Assembly (NCBI GenBank): GCA_964243375.1
Contig: CAXTEE010000005.1
Span: 51,006-115,005 of the forward strand
DNA length: 64,000 nt
Source of the DNA: an uncultured Acidobacteriaceae bacterium
GTDB taxonomy: Bacteria; Acidobacteriota; Terriglobia; Terriglobales; Acidobacteriaceae
Direction: 5' to 3'
How positions within the stretch are numbered: position 1 is the first letter of the stretch; every line of letters starts with the position of its first letter. A program made the position numbers and the translations under genes. Positions 31,234 to 41,842 of this stretch are shown here, piece after piece. The notes under the pieces are model-generated. The model was not told the DNA's origin. It made no database searches and saw nothing but the letters and a program-made list of their open reading frames with translations.

Positions 31234-34047
31234 ATGACAACCCCAGAACAAATTGGACGATATCGCGTTACAGGCGAACTTGGCCGCGGCGGTATGGGAG
31301 TTGTGTATCGGGGCGAGGACCGTCTGATCGGCCGCGAAGTTGCCATCAAGACTCTGACTGAGGCAACTCCGGAGCTACGTGAGCGGTTCTTCATCGAGGC
31401 ACGATCGGGCATTCTAAGCCATCCCAATATAGTCACGGTCTACGAACTCGGCGAGCATGAGGGAAGCCCCTTCATCGCCATGGAGTTTGTAGGTGGAGAG
31501 TCGCTTGAGAAGCTTCTGCGCGCGCGCAGAAAGCTACCGTTGCTGGAGGCCCTTTCGATCATGGAGCAGCTGTGTTCCGGGCTCGGTCACGCCCATGGAC
31601 ATGGAGTCGTGCACCGAGATGTAAAGCCCGCGAACATCTTGATTCGCCCTGACGGTCGGGTGACCATTGTCGACTTCGGTATTGCGCGACTTGCGGATCA
31701 GACTCGGCAGCTCACAAAAACGGACGCACTGCTGGGGACCTTTCACTACATCGCTCCGGAACGCCTGAAGGGTGAGGCGAGTGATGGCCGGGGCGATGTC
31801 TGGTCGGCAGGCGTGATCCTCTATGAAATGCTGACGGGCGAGCTTCCGTTCAAGGGCGACGATGTTTCGTCGCTCTACCGGATGATCCACGAACCCTATG
31901 TCGCGTTGACCGAATACGTGCAAGACCTTCCGGAAGGTTTGAGCGCCGTGCTCGACAAGGCACTTGCGAAGCAAGTTGAGGATCGCTACCGAACAGCGGA
32001 AGAGGTTAGCTTCGATCTGCAGGTGATCGCTGAAGGACTGAAGCACGACCGAGTTAGCATTTTGATCGAGACAGCTCGCCGCCTCACGGAAGAGATGCAA
32101 TTTGCAAGTGCTCGGACGGTCCTGCTTCAGGCCCAGCGCATTGATCCGGGAAACGTTGATGCGAAATCACTTATCTATGACGTGCAGGAGCGCTTGAGCC
32201 GTCTGCAGCGCAGTGAACAGCTGCGTCAAATCGTGGAGCAGGCACACAATGCCCTTGGCGATCGCCGGTGGGATGATGCCATCCTGTTCTTTCAGCAAGC
32301 CGTCAAACTTGATGCCGACGATGATCATTCAGTGGACGAACGTCTCCTATACGCGCAGGAGCAAAAACGGCAACAGCAAAGGGTCGCATCCCTTTGCGAG
32401 CAGGCAAGCGAAGCGCGGAGTCGAGGTGACCTGACGCAGGCGCAGGAGTATCTGACGCAAGCTCTCAGGATCGATGGGCAGAACACCGATCTGCGAAATG
32501 CTCACTCCGTTATTCTGCGAGAAATTGAGCGCAGACAGAGGGGATTGCGGGTCGAAGAGCTTCTGCGAAGTGCTCGCGAGAGTTTCAGCGAGCAGCGGTA
32601 TACGGAGGCGATCGACCATCTGCGAAAGGCTGCCGACTTTGACCCCACTCAAACAGAGGTACAGCAGCTACTCTTCACGGTGGTCACACGGCAAAAAGAA
32701 GAACGCAGGCAGCAGCTGCTCGACAAGGTCGCAGCTGAGATCCAGGAGTGCCTTGCACGTGAGGATTTCGTTGTGGCGCAGGATCGCATTCTGAGAGCGC
32801 TCGAGACTCTGCCAGGCGAAGGCCTCTTACTGCGGCTCAAGGCCGAGGCGGAGTCGAAGAAGCGAGATTTCGATACCGAGCGAATCGTACGACAGGTCAT
32901 GTTCGAGGTGCAGGAGCTCTTTTCGGACGATCCGGCAGTTGCATTGAAAGCTGTCGAGCGAGGACTTCAGGACGCCCCCGAGAGCGAGGTATTGAAGCAG
33001 TCCAGGTCACGGCTTCAGGAGCATCTGAATCATCTCGAGATTGCCGCGGCGCGAGCAGACGCACTGGTTAAGGCGCATGCCGCAATCGAACAGCGAGAGT
33101 TTATTGAGGGAAGGCGCGTGCTTGAGCTTGTGCTCGGCGCACACGGGGCGAATGACGAACTAAGCCAACTTCTGGCTGTTGCGAGGGCCGGACAGGAGAA
33201 GCAAGAGCGCGAGGCGGCGCTCCTACGAAAGATGCAGGAGACGCACACCGCAATCGAGCACGCTGTTGCTTCCTTCAGCAAATCGCTCGCTGCCGGCGAC
33301 CTGAAACGCTGCATGCAGCCGCTTGAAGAGATCACAAGACGGCTTGGTGCAGAAGAGGGTGTAAAAGAGGCTGTTATTGGTTGCAAGGCTAAGAGAGGTG
33401 CCGCGGCGGAACAGCGCCTCGTAAGAGCAGTGGAAAGTGCTCGCAGACTGCTCACGCAGGGCGAGATCAAAGAAGCTTCAGTACAGCTGCGCCGCTCGGA
33501 GTTCGCCCTTCCCTTCGCGACTCCAGCTCTGAGTAGCGAGTACGACCGCACGAAGGCTGAGCTGGCGACGGCCATACATGCGAGGAAGAAAGATCGTCCG
33601 TCGCTATCTCTACTTAAGAAAGGACAACTAATACGTTACGCGGCTCTTGTCCTGACGCTCTGCATTGTGTTCGCAGCCGCCGCGCTTTTTCGATCACACC
33701 ATCATAGAACCCCAGCGCAAGTAACTCTTGTGCGCACACCCTCGCGTCAACCTGCGTCATTGCCAGTCGCTGTGCAGCGGACGGATATGGAGATCAACGC
33801 GACTCCCTGGGCAAGGGTGGTGCGTGTAGAAGGCGAAGGTGGCCAAGACGTTCCATTACCGAAAGAGCGTCCCGCTACGCCGCTACGATTGGACAACGTA
33901 GCGCTGGGCAAATACACTATCACTCTTTCCGATCCCAGTGGCGGTTCGCATACGACCGAGTGCCGCATATCGATGACCGATCATCTCTGCATAGCAGTTG
34001 TATACGCAATTGATCTGCGCCAATTGCTGACGGGAGATCGCCTGTGA
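31234..34047 (+). CDS. T6SS-associated Ser/Thr kinase (PpkA-like) with long helical region, TM and PEGA-like C-terminus
   Basis: GRGGMG, VAIK, HRDVKPAN, DFG, APE; TM near residue 810. Confidence 0.92.
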   Translation: MTTPEQIGRYRVTGELGRGGMGVVYRGEDRLIGREVAIKTLTEATPELRERFFIEARSGILSHPNIVTVYELGEHEGSPFIAMEFVGGESLEKLLRARRKLPLLEALSIMEQLCSGLGHAHGHGVVHRDVKPANILIRPDGRVTIVDFGIARLADQTRQLTKTDALLGTFHYIAPERLKGEASDGRGDVWSAGVILYEMLTGELPFKGDDVSSLYRMIHEPYVALTEYVQDLPEGLSAVLDKALAKQVEDRYRTAEEVSFDLQVIAEGLKHDRVSILIETARRLTEEMQFASARTVLLQAQRIDPGNVDAKSLIYDVQERLSRLQRSEQLRQIVEQAHNALGDRRWDDAILFFQQAVKLDADDDHSVDERLLYAQEQKRQQQRVASLCEQASEARSRGDLTQAQEYLTQALRIDGQNTDLRNAHSVILREIERRQRGLRVEELLRSARESFSEQRYTEAIDHLRKAADFDPTQTEVQQLLFTVVTRQKEERRQQLLDKVAAEIQECLAREDFVVAQDRILRALETLPGEGLLLRLKAEAESKKRDFDTERIVRQVMFEVQELFSDDPAVALKAVERGLQDAPESEVLKQSRSRLQEHLNHLEIAAARADALVKAHAAIEQREFIEGRRVLELVLGAHGANDELSQLLAVARAGQEKQEREAALLRKMQETHTAIEHAVASFSKSLAAGDLKRCMQPLEEITRRLGAEEGVKEAVIGCKAKRGAAAEQRLVRAVESARRLLTQGEIKEASVQLRRSEFALPFATPALSSEYDRTKAELATAIHARKKDRPSLSLLKKGQLIRYAALVLTLCIVFAAAALFRSHHHRTPAQVTLVRTPSRQPASLPVAVQRTDMEINATPWARVVRVEGEGGQDVPLPKERPATPLRLDNVALGKYTITLSDPSGGSHTTECRISMTDHLCIAVVYAIDLRQLLTGDRL

Positions 34048-35339
34048 GAGCCGTCGCTTGGCCCGTGCTCTTATTATTGATCGTGTCTGCCCCTGGTCCG
34101 ACGTACACCCCGGCTCCACGCGCCAGCCAAAGCGCTGACGATCTGCGCGATCTGGCAAACAAAGCAAAGGATACGGGAGACCTGCTAAGTTCAACGAGCT
34201 TCATCTGTCAAGCAGCTATCCGGGACGATAGGTACGCGAAGCGTTGCGAGAAGTCGAGGGTGGATCTGGAGAGGGCACTCGCTCAATATCAAGCCGATCT
34301 CAACATGGGTCGCACTGAAATCGAACGCAAGGATTATGGAGGAGCGATCCGCGACCTGAGCCGGATTACCTTCGGCCCCAACAAAGACGAGGCACTTGAA
34401 CTGCTGCAACAGGCCCGCGTAGGAAGCGGACAGATCTCGCCAGAAGCAGCTAGTCAGATGACCCTCGCTGCCGCGCAAGCGGCGTATGAAGCTGGCAACT
34501 TCGATCGTGCTGAAGCCCTGCTGAAGCGGGTACAGACACCTGGGGTCCGCTATGCAGCCAACCAGATTCTGACAAATATGTCGGTTTACCGAGACACCAT
34601 GAAGCAGGCAGACACTCTAGCGCACAATGGAGACTACAAGGATGCGGCAGCCAAGTACGGATTTGCTTCCGCGATCCAGCCGAAAGGTCCCGGTCAACCG
34701 CAACAGCGTCTGCGTGACGCACAGGATGCAGAGTTGAGGCTCGAATCCGCGAAAGAACAGCAGATGGCGAGTCAGCGACTCCAAGAGCAGCAAGCGGCTG
34801 CAACGAAAGTGAAGCTCGGAACATTGCAATCGCCGTTCCAGGCTCAAATGAATGACGCGTCTAAGATCAAGACATCCCTGGCGGTAGCGCAAAAGTTTGA
34901 ATCGGCAGGCCAGTTGAAGGCTGCGCTTGAGGCCTATGAAGCCGTCCTAAAGCTGGATGCACGCCAAAAGGTCGCCCTTACCGGAAAACAGCGCTTATCT
35001 GCCGTCGTAAAGACAGATCCACGAACGGTTGAACATCTCTTGATCCAAGGTGTCACCGACTTTTACGCCTCTCGCTTTCAACAGGCAAATAATGGCTTTC
35101 ACTCCTACCTTTCGGGAGGAGGAAAGCAGCACTGCGCCGCCGCTCACTTCTTCTTTGGGGCATCCCTCCTGTCGCAAGCCATGCTGGATGATCCAGCCGA
35201 CACCGATAACCTGAATAAGCTACGTCAGCAGGCGCAACAGGAATTTGTTGCGGCCAGGCAGCAACACTACCTTGCCCCTGAGACGTTCATCTCGCCGAAG
35301 ATTATGGCCGAATGGTCGAGAACAGGTGCTCAGCCATGA
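34044..35339 (+). CDS. Secreted TPR-like helical protein
   Basis: Signal peptide MRAVAWPVLLLLIVSA with no lipobox Cys; overlaps both neighbours by 4 nt. Confidence 0.8.
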   Translation: MRAVAWPVLLLLIVSAPGPTYTPAPRASQSADDLRDLANKAKDTGDLLSSTSFICQAAIRDDRYAKRCEKSRVDLERALAQYQADLNMGRTEIERKDYGGAIRDLSRITFGPNKDEALELLQQARVGSGQISPEAASQMTLAAAQAAYEAGNFDRAEALLKRVQTPGVRYAANQILTNMSVYRDTMKQADTLAHNGDYKDAAAKYGFASAIQPKGPGQPQQRLRDAQDAELRLESAKEQQMASQRLQEQQAAATKVKLGTLQSPFQAQMNDASKIKTSLAVAQKFESAGQLKAALEAYEAVLKLDARQKVALTGKQRLSAVVKTDPRTVEHLLIQGVTDFYASRFQQANNGFHSYLSGGGKQHCAAAHFFFGASLLSQAMLDDPADTDNLNKLRQQAQQEFVAARQQHYLAPETFISPKIMAEWSRTGAQP

Positions 35340-36091
35340 AGAGCAGCCCGAGTCTGCCGGAAAGCCATCCAGCCTTAAGGATTGGACTTAGACTAGAAGC
35401 CGCGGGGCTCTCCGATGTGGGCTGCAAACGCACAAACAATGAAGACAGCTTCGGGTATGACTTAGACTCGAACATCTTTATTGTTTGCGATGGGATGGGA
35501 GGGATGGCGGCTGGCGAGGTTGCGAGCGCCGTGGCGGTGGAGCAGGCTCTAAAAACGTATTGTGACTCCTGCCACACGTCCTCGGAGCCAGAGGCACGCC
35601 TCCACGCAGCAATCACCAGCGCAAACCGTTTTGTGTGGCATCTGGCGCAGAGCCGTCCGGAACTTTACGGCATGGGAACAACTCTGGTCGCGGCGTGTGT
35701 CCATGGCGACCAAGTCGTGATCGGCAACGTTGGTGACAGCCGAGCCTACTTTCTGCGTGATGGTGCTTGCGTGCAGATCACGAAAGATCATACCTACGTA
35801 GCAGAACAGGTCAGCGCGGTGGAACAATCCGTTTCGATCCAGCAATTCATTACACGTGCGATTGGAGCAGATTCGATGGTGGAGCCCGACTTCTTTGTGG
35901 CCGAAATCCGAACAGGCGACATTATTTTGCTCGCGACTGATGGACTTACACGGTATGTAAACGCAGACGTGATCACACATCATGAGCAGATGGCCCAAAC
36001 TCTCGAAGACCTATGCTGCGGTCTCCTCAATGTGGTCCAAGCTCAGGGAGCAGACGATAATCTGACCTGCGTTGCTGTGCGCATTCTGTAA
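35336..36091 (+). CDS. PP2C-family Ser/Thr phosphatase (PppA-like)
   Basis: VCDGMGG, NVGDSRAY, LATDGL, GADDNLT. Confidence 0.93.
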   Translation: MKSSPSLPESHPALRIGLRLEAAGLSDVGCKRTNNEDSFGYDLDSNIFIVCDGMGGMAAGEVASAVAVEQALKTYCDSCHTSSEPEARLHAAITSANRFVWHLAQSRPELYGMGTTLVAACVHGDQVVIGNVGDSRAYFLRDGACVQITKDHTYVAEQVSAVEQSVSIQQFITRAIGADSMVEPDFFVAEIRTGDIILLATDGLTRYVNADVITHHEQMAQTLEDLCCGLLNVVQAQGADDNLTCVAVRIL

Positions 36092-36181
36092 CTTTCCCGC
36101 AAACACTTGCCACGCGTCGTCCAGCCGGAGACTTCCCGTGCTTCGTCGCTCCACGGGGACCCATGCACCGAAGGCGTCGCG

Positions 36182-39100
36182 TCACTGCGCCACCTGTGCG
36201 ACGCAGTGAAGTCCGGCGAGCGAGCCAGGCACGAGGATACTCGCCGCGGGCCCGGAGATCTCGATTCGTTCGGTTAATGGCGTGCCGTTCACAATGATAG
36301 GTGTGCCTGAGATCTCTAGCGGATAAGCAAGGCGAACAGGCGTTGCAGTCTGTTCCACTCGGCCTCTATCCACAAGATGAAACAAAGACCAGTTTCCCGA
36401 GAATTGCAGTGGGAGGTTGTTACTTCCGTAGCTTGCAATTAATTGGGCCTGTTGTGCAGTCTGCGCCGACCAGGTGAACTGCGTGCTGACATCGCTGCCC
36501 GATAAGCGCTGTGCGTCAAGAGCAAGTGTTACGCCTTGAATGCCAGGCGATGGCGGGATATGCGCGGTAAAGTTCAGCGTCGGTGTAGCTGCTCCATTTG
36601 CAAAAAGAGCGTTGGACAGTGCTGCGGCGCGATTGAAGAACTCAATGAATTGCGAGGTCGGCTTCAGAACGGCGAGGGGAGAGGCCACCCAACGATCACC
36701 TTGCTGCACAAGCTGTGGTTTGAGGCTCGCTTCATAGAACTGCCACAGCAGTCCTGTGGCCGGCTTGAGCGCATTCGTGACTTCGGCCGGAGTTGCCTCA
36801 AGAGTCGCTTTCCGATCAAAGGGGAATTTGGCGAGGATCGGAGCTAAATTCGAGCAGAAAGCTCGACCCGCCAGATTGATCTGTTCCGGTGCTGCGCCGC
36901 GTATTGCATCCTCGACCGAAGTGATCGGCTCCTGCATGAGCTTTGTAAGGGTCTGTTCCACGTGTGCCTGAGTATTGATATCAAAGGCCTGAGCGGTTTG
37001 GCTCACAGCCGCATGAGCACTTATTGCCGCGGCAATCACGGGTTGAGCTGCTGATGGATTGTTCGGAGCGGAGACGTCTTGAGTAAATTGCGACACGGCT
37101 CCACTCAAACCGATCAAGCCGTTCACATAAACTGTGTTTCCAGAACCGATCAATCTATCCTTCACTGTTGGCGGCACAAGGGCCTGTGCGGGCTGGAACT
37201 CGTGTGCGACTAAGTCACCAGCTACTGCTGTATTGCTTGACGCGGTCGCAACAAGGGCCAGCAGAGCTGAGTTAGGTGAGGATAGGCTTTGCAGCTTCTG
37301 ATGAGCGTCAGCTAAGCTTCGGTATCGAACCACCGTGGCGGAACGCAGATATTGGAGCCATTGCTCCTTGAAGTCAGATAGGTAGCGGGCTCCGAGCTTC
37401 TGCCCAAGCGCCTGCCCCTGAGTTGATGCGGCAACCTGTTCTCCAAGCACCCAGGTTTCGCCAGTAAAATACTGGTCGGGATGCTCCACGGCTCGCTGTA
37501 CAAAGACAAATCCCGCCCGGCTAAATGCCCCCGGCACAACGTGCGACTCAATTACAGTCGCCACCGAGCCTGGAAACATGTGATTAAAATCTATCGCTGG
37601 CGAACCCTGTGAAGCTGCCGCAAGGATGTTCTGGTAAATGCGATCTAGACTCCCGAAGCTATTCAGGTAGCTGCGCGCACGAGTGATCGCAGTTAGGTCT
37701 GGACTCTGATCATAGAGCTGCGCGGCGCGGAGCTCTTCACCATAAAAGCGAAATTGCTGATCGGCTAGTTGGAGTTGCCTGTCACTTTCTGTGTGTTGGC
37801 CATTGAGCCAGAACTTCTCCAGCACAGGTGCAAGGAAAGCCGAAGTGCTGAATTGGTGATAAGACGTAGTGATCAGATAAGCGCGAAGCGGAGAGTAGAC
37901 CGCACGATAGTCGGCATCCGCAGGCGCAATAGCTGGCAGGCTGGTCAGAGCCCTTTGCATGTTCTCTTGTGTGCTTGCGAGCAGGAGCCAGTGAAATCGT
38001 TCTAAGTACAGTTGGCGTGCAGGACCGATCAGCGAGTCTCCATAATAGAGACCCCACCGAGACATTAGCGGAGCTCCGTCTCGATTAAACTGCTCAAGCT
38101 CGAGTAAGGCAAGCCGGAGTTGATCGAGCTCGCCCAGTTGAACACTTGAGGCAAGTGACACAGGAGCCGCAGTTGCTGGGAGAGAGGCGGCGGCGGCGCG
38201 GATCACGCCTTCCATGCGCGCATTGTTTCTGTACGAGATTGTGAGACAGATGCCCCAAGCGAGTAGAAGGGACGACGTTGCTATCAGCAGGCCCCGGCGC
38301 AGCAATGAAACACGTACGCTTGATGAATTCGTAAGCTTACGTTCCTGCTGCGCCAAAAAGACGTCTGGAAAGATCCTTGGCAGGAAGCACCATTGTGCGA
38401 TGCGGCGGCTGACACTCTGTGGGAGAGCGGTGGATGCCTCCGCGATCTCGATCTGCTGCAATGAAAGAATGCCTGTTGCCGCACCTTTGCTTAAAACGCG
38501 GCCCGGCACAGCGGCAGGAGCGCTGATAGCCTGCTCAATAATTTGCGCGCGAACTCCTACGCAGAACAAGCCGCGTAGAGAAGGATTAACGTTGAGGTGG
38601 CTTGGACGTGCGAGCTCAACGAGATAGCTAGCTAGATTACTCCGAAGCTTCTGCAGTTCACGCGGGAATTGATAGATGAGAGGTATGTGGTCGGATGCTG
38701 CTTCGCGGCCAAGAACCTCCAGCCTAAACTCTGTCAGCGAAAAAAAGAGCTTGTCCAGCGCTGAGGACAGAACGGCCGAGGCGTGCTCCGCGTAGACGCC
38801 CTGTGTGAGAATGCCGGAGGGAAGCAGCACACCGAGACGCTCGGAAGCCTCAGCGTTGTTGAGGTTGCGCGTGTATTCAGCAAAGCCGGGGACTCGATCC
38901 AGTTTTGTGAGCAGCACATGCACCGGAAGCTCCGCCCCGAGGTGATCTGCAATCTGGCGAAGCACAGCGTTAGTCTCTCGGCCAAGCGCCGCAGAAGCTT
39001 CAGCCGCATTCACTCCGAAGAACGATTCGCTGCTGACGCACACAACCGCGGCGCGCAACGGACGCGTTACGCCGAAGACAGATCGCAGAAGCTTTGGTCT

Positions 39101-39631
39101 GGTACGACGGACGAGGACGTTTGCGAGGCTTCTCCAATGCGGAGTCCCTGGCGCAAGCGCCTCCCCGGCATCAACGAGTAGCGCGCCTTGCGCATACCAG
39201 AGATTGACGACTCGGGTGGAGGCGATCACTTCGTCCTGATAGGCCTGCCCGGCAAGGAGCTCAGGATCAAGTCCTGATTTCAGGATCATCGTTGTTTTCG
39301 CGCTGTTTGACGATCCCAGAATATATAGCAGGGGGATTGTGTGAAGCGAAGGAGAAACACCCACACCGTGGGAGCCTGCGAGACGCTGCTCAGCCTCTCG
39401 CAACAGTGCGGTGAACTCTAAGCTCCTCGTTGCTGACCTTGAGGGGGAGCCGGATTCAGCGCGACGTGACCATAACCAATAGACAAAGAAAGCGGTCGCA
39501 GCACCGAGCAGAACAACGCCGATACGAAAGAGAAGAAGTGGCGTGCCCTGCAGATGGAGCGCGGGTGCGGCCAGCCAGATCAGCAGCGTGGAGAGCAGCA
39601 GAAAAAGTGCGGGGTATAAGTACAAAGCCAC
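36182..39631 (-). CDS. tssM: T6SS membrane complex TssM (ImcF)
   Basis: Two N-terminal TMs; ImcF-N (LYILGSSNSAKTT, LTKLDRVPGFAEY); third TM; C-terminal GNWSLFHL. Confidence 0.9.
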   Translation of the reverse strand: MALYLYPALFLLLSTLLIWLAAPALHLQGTPLLLFRIGVVLLGAATAFFVYWLWSRRAESGSPSRSATRSLEFTALLREAEQRLAGSHGVGVSPSLHTIPLLYILGSSNSAKTTMILKSGLDPELLAGQAYQDEVIASTRVVNLWYAQGALLVDAGEALAPGTPHWRSLANVLVRRTRPKLLRSVFGVTRPLRAAVVCVSSESFFGVNAAEASAALGRETNAVLRQIADHLGAELPVHVLLTKLDRVPGFAEYTRNLNNAEASERLGVLLPSGILTQGVYAEHASAVLSSALDKLFFSLTEFRLEVLGREAASDHIPLIYQFPRELQKLRSNLASYLVELARPSHLNVNPSLRGLFCVGVRAQIIEQAISAPAAVPGRVLSKGAATGILSLQQIEIAEASTALPQSVSRRIAQWCFLPRIFPDVFLAQQERKLTNSSSVRVSLLRRGLLIATSSLLLAWGICLTISYRNNARMEGVIRAAAASLPATAAPVSLASSVQLGELDQLRLALLELEQFNRDGAPLMSRWGLYYGDSLIGPARQLYLERFHWLLLASTQENMQRALTSLPAIAPADADYRAVYSPLRAYLITTSYHQFSTSAFLAPVLEKFWLNGQHTESDRQLQLADQQFRFYGEELRAAQLYDQSPDLTAITRARSYLNSFGSLDRIYQNILAAASQGSPAIDFNHMFPGSVATVIESHVVPGAFSRAGFVFVQRAVEHPDQYFTGETWVLGEQVAASTQGQALGQKLGARYLSDFKEQWLQYLRSATVVRYRSLADAHQKLQSLSSPNSALLALVATASSNTAVAGDLVAHEFQPAQALVPPTVKDRLIGSGNTVYVNGLIGLSGAVSQFTQDVSAPNNPSAAQPVIAAAISAHAAVSQTAQAFDINTQAHVEQTLTKLMQEPITSVEDAIRGAAPEQINLAGRAFCSNLAPILAKFPFDRKATLEATPAEVTNALKPATGLLWQFYEASLKPQLVQQGDRWVASPLAVLKPTSQFIEFFNRAAALSNALFANGAATPTLNFTAHIPPSPGIQGVTLALDAQRLSGSDVSTQFTWSAQTAQQAQLIASYGSNNLPLQFSGNWSLFHLVDRGRVEQTATPVRLAYPLEISGTPIIVNGTPLTERIEISGPAASILVPGSLAGLHCVAQVAQ

Positions 39632-39639
39632 GTGAACTC

Positions 39640-40323
39640 CTAGAGCCCGTTAAGGGCACTCCCCCGCAGAGCGTCGATGCCGGATGAGAGCAAGGCGTGA
39701 TATCCCGTAAAGGCAATCAGCAATAGAGCGACGAACGCGCAGGCGGTCCAGAGAAGATATCGGTTGAATGTTTCGGGAGATCGGTGGGAGTCTGCGGACG
39801 GCAGCTCTTCCGCAACCAACCGGGCATCACCCCGAATACGCCGGATGCGCTTGCGCGCTTCCCGCAGCTGGGCGTACAGCTCTCCACTTCCTCCAAGAGC
39901 ATGCCTGCCCCTGTAACCGAGCAGAAGGCAGAGACAGTAGAGCTCCAGAACATCGGCCAAATGAGGAGAATCAGGCTGTCGAAGATAATCGCGGAGATTG
40001 CGGAAGAAGGTCTCCCCTGCAAGATGACCTCCGAAAAGCTCTTCCTGAAGCGGACGTCGTGCCCACTGCGCGAACACAGGATCCTGCAGGTTTAACACGC
40101 TCTCATCGAGCAGGGCCACGACCGCGAAGACAGCTGCCTGAACAGTGTCTCCTGTATATCCGAGTGCGCGCGCTTGGTGCATGGGCGCCTGAAGAGCTTG
40201 CCGGATTTGTACGCGGAACACCTCAGCATCAGTAACAGGCTGCAACCGAAAGCGAACGCGAACGACTGCCGTAAGCACTTCACCAAAGGAGGACGCGAGG
40301 CTTGCCGAGCGTGTGCTGCTCAT
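39640..40323 (-). CDS. tssL: T6SS TssL (DotU family), no OmpA domain
   Basis: AVVALLDESVL, WARRPLQEELFG..AGETFF, CLLLGYRGRH, C-terminal TM. Confidence 0.93.
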   Translation of the reverse strand: MSSTRSASLASSFGEVLTAVVRVRFRLQPVTDAEVFRVQIRQALQAPMHQARALGYTGDTVQAAVFAVVALLDESVLNLQDPVFAQWARRPLQEELFGGHLAGETFFRNLRDYLRQPDSPHLADVLELYCLCLLLGYRGRHALGGSGELYAQLREARKRIRRIRGDARLVAEELPSADSHRSPETFNRYLLWTACAFVALLLIAFTGYHALLSSGIDALRGSALNGL

Positions 40324-41684
40324 GCCATGCTTTCCGTTGAGTCTTCAAGAATGACGGTCAGCGTGAACTCTGGGTCGGCGAGTTCGCCGGGAATGTAGAT
40401 GCCAACGGATCTAGTCTGAAGAATGTGCTGCCAGCAAGGGCCTGTGGTGTCGATAGCGTAGTACTGCATGTCGGCAGCTGCACGAATGGACGAAGGTGGC
40501 ACGGGAAGATGGGCCAGCGCCATGCCGGGCAACGCACGCTTCACTAGCTCTGGTACGAATCGCTCACTGCATATCTTTACGAGCTTCGGGGCCCGACGAA
40601 GCTGATCTGACTCCGCAAGAGAAGAGCGAAGGCCAAGCACCCACCGAGCCCTTCGTAGGCATCGCTCGTCTGCCACCGGGGCGCTGTACATATAGGGCGC
40701 GACCGAGCTGAAAACAAGACCGACCGTGTTGGTCGGTACGATGATCTCAAGGTGTCGGAGAATGTGGCTGGAAATTGTACGAAACGCTGGTCCAGGATTG
40801 AGATGATCGTAGTCTGGAAGGCTCCTCGGATCTGAATCGAGAGCGAAGGTGCAGAGCGCTCCCGCCAGCCTTGCAAGTTCCGCGAAACACTCGGAAGGAT
40901 GCGCGTAGCACGCATTGACCAGATGTTGCAGCGGTGGCAGAGCACTGTGAAGAGCATGAAGGAACCAGTAATTGGCTATATCCATCGCAAGGCCGGGGGG
41001 CTGAAGCTGGCCTTCCATCTGTACAGGACGTGGGATGGCGATACTTTTCTCGGATACGCCCTCCATGATTCGCTTCATCAAGAGTGTAAGCGCATCGCTC
41101 GCACTCAGACGAAGCGAACACGGAATGAAGTCAGGGTCATACGCAAAGTTGCCGTTTGAATCGCGAATGATACGGGCGATCGGCAGTGTGAGGATCCCTG
41201 GTGTTACCTCAGGCGTTGCCAGTATGCGAATGTTCTTCCGTCCTAGCTCGACGTCATACTCATCGACGCCATTCGTTTCATCCCGTAGCGACCGAAGCAC
41301 GCCCGAGTAACGTGGCTCTGACGTCTCCGTCCGTGAAGTGTCGTAATCATCTCTATCCCGTACAGGCACCGCAAGCTGTAAGACAATTTCTCCGTCAGAA
41401 GGATGCGTAAGTGAACTGACGGACCGTGGCGGCGGCAACGAGTCGGAAGTGGGCATGTCAAACGTCAAGCCGTCTGAAAAGATCCCCGATCCATGCAAGA
41501 GCGCCACCGTGCCGTTTGCGATGGCTTTTATGTCCATCTGGAGATGCAGAATGCCCCAAGGTTCTCGCCAAAGGCAGGACGCCAGAAATGTGATCGAATC
41601 CTCAAAGTAGCGGCTCTGAGTTTGAAAGTGATGAGGCGCGAGATACATACCCTCCGACCACACCACTCGTGAAAGAAACTTCAT
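40320..41684 (-). CDS. tssK: T6SS baseplate TssK, copy 1
   Basis: VVWSEGMYLAPHHFQ, YDHLNPG, LVKRALPGM. Confidence 0.93.
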   Translation of the reverse strand: MKFLSRVVWSEGMYLAPHHFQTQSRYFEDSITFLASCLWREPWGILHLQMDIKAIANGTVALLHGSGIFSDGLTFDMPTSDSLPPPRSVSSLTHPSDGEIVLQLAVPVRDRDDYDTSRTETSEPRYSGVLRSLRDETNGVDEYDVELGRKNIRILATPEVTPGILTLPIARIIRDSNGNFAYDPDFIPCSLRLSASDALTLLMKRIMEGVSEKSIAIPRPVQMEGQLQPPGLAMDIANYWFLHALHSALPPLQHLVNACYAHPSECFAELARLAGALCTFALDSDPRSLPDYDHLNPGPAFRTISSHILRHLEIIVPTNTVGLVFSSVAPYMYSAPVADERCLRRARWVLGLRSSLAESDQLRRAPKLVKICSERFVPELVKRALPGMALAHLPVPPSSIRAAADMQYYAIDTTGPCWQHILQTRSVGIYIPGELADPEFTLTVILEDSTESMA

Positions 41685-41763
41685 ATCTACTCATCCGTCC
41701 CGCCTCTCCGGTGATGCTTTCGAAGCATCGTGCCCTGATACGCCGGAAAGTTCTGCACTGCCT

Positions 41764-41794
41764 GAAATAACCCCCCACCTTAACGGTTTATTCC
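41764..41794. promoter_or_regulatory. Overlapping divergent ECF-type promoter motifs (9-13-9 quasi-palindrome)
   Basis: Plus strand GAAAT(41764)-N17-GTTTA; minus strand GGAAT(41794)-N18-GTTAT. Confidence 0.6.
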
Positions 41795-41842
41795 ACCGCG
41801 GACAACGAGTTCGACGCGCATCGAGAGAAAAGAGGATGAAGT

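Noticed and set aside
34044-35339. Secreted protein as TssJ
   Set aside because: No lipobox Cys, 431 aa and helical, unlike the small beta-sandwich TssJ
36135-36157. CCCGTG/CACGGG hairpin between convergent PP2C and tssM
   Set aside because: 6-bp stem, long loop and no U-tract; too weak to call a terminator
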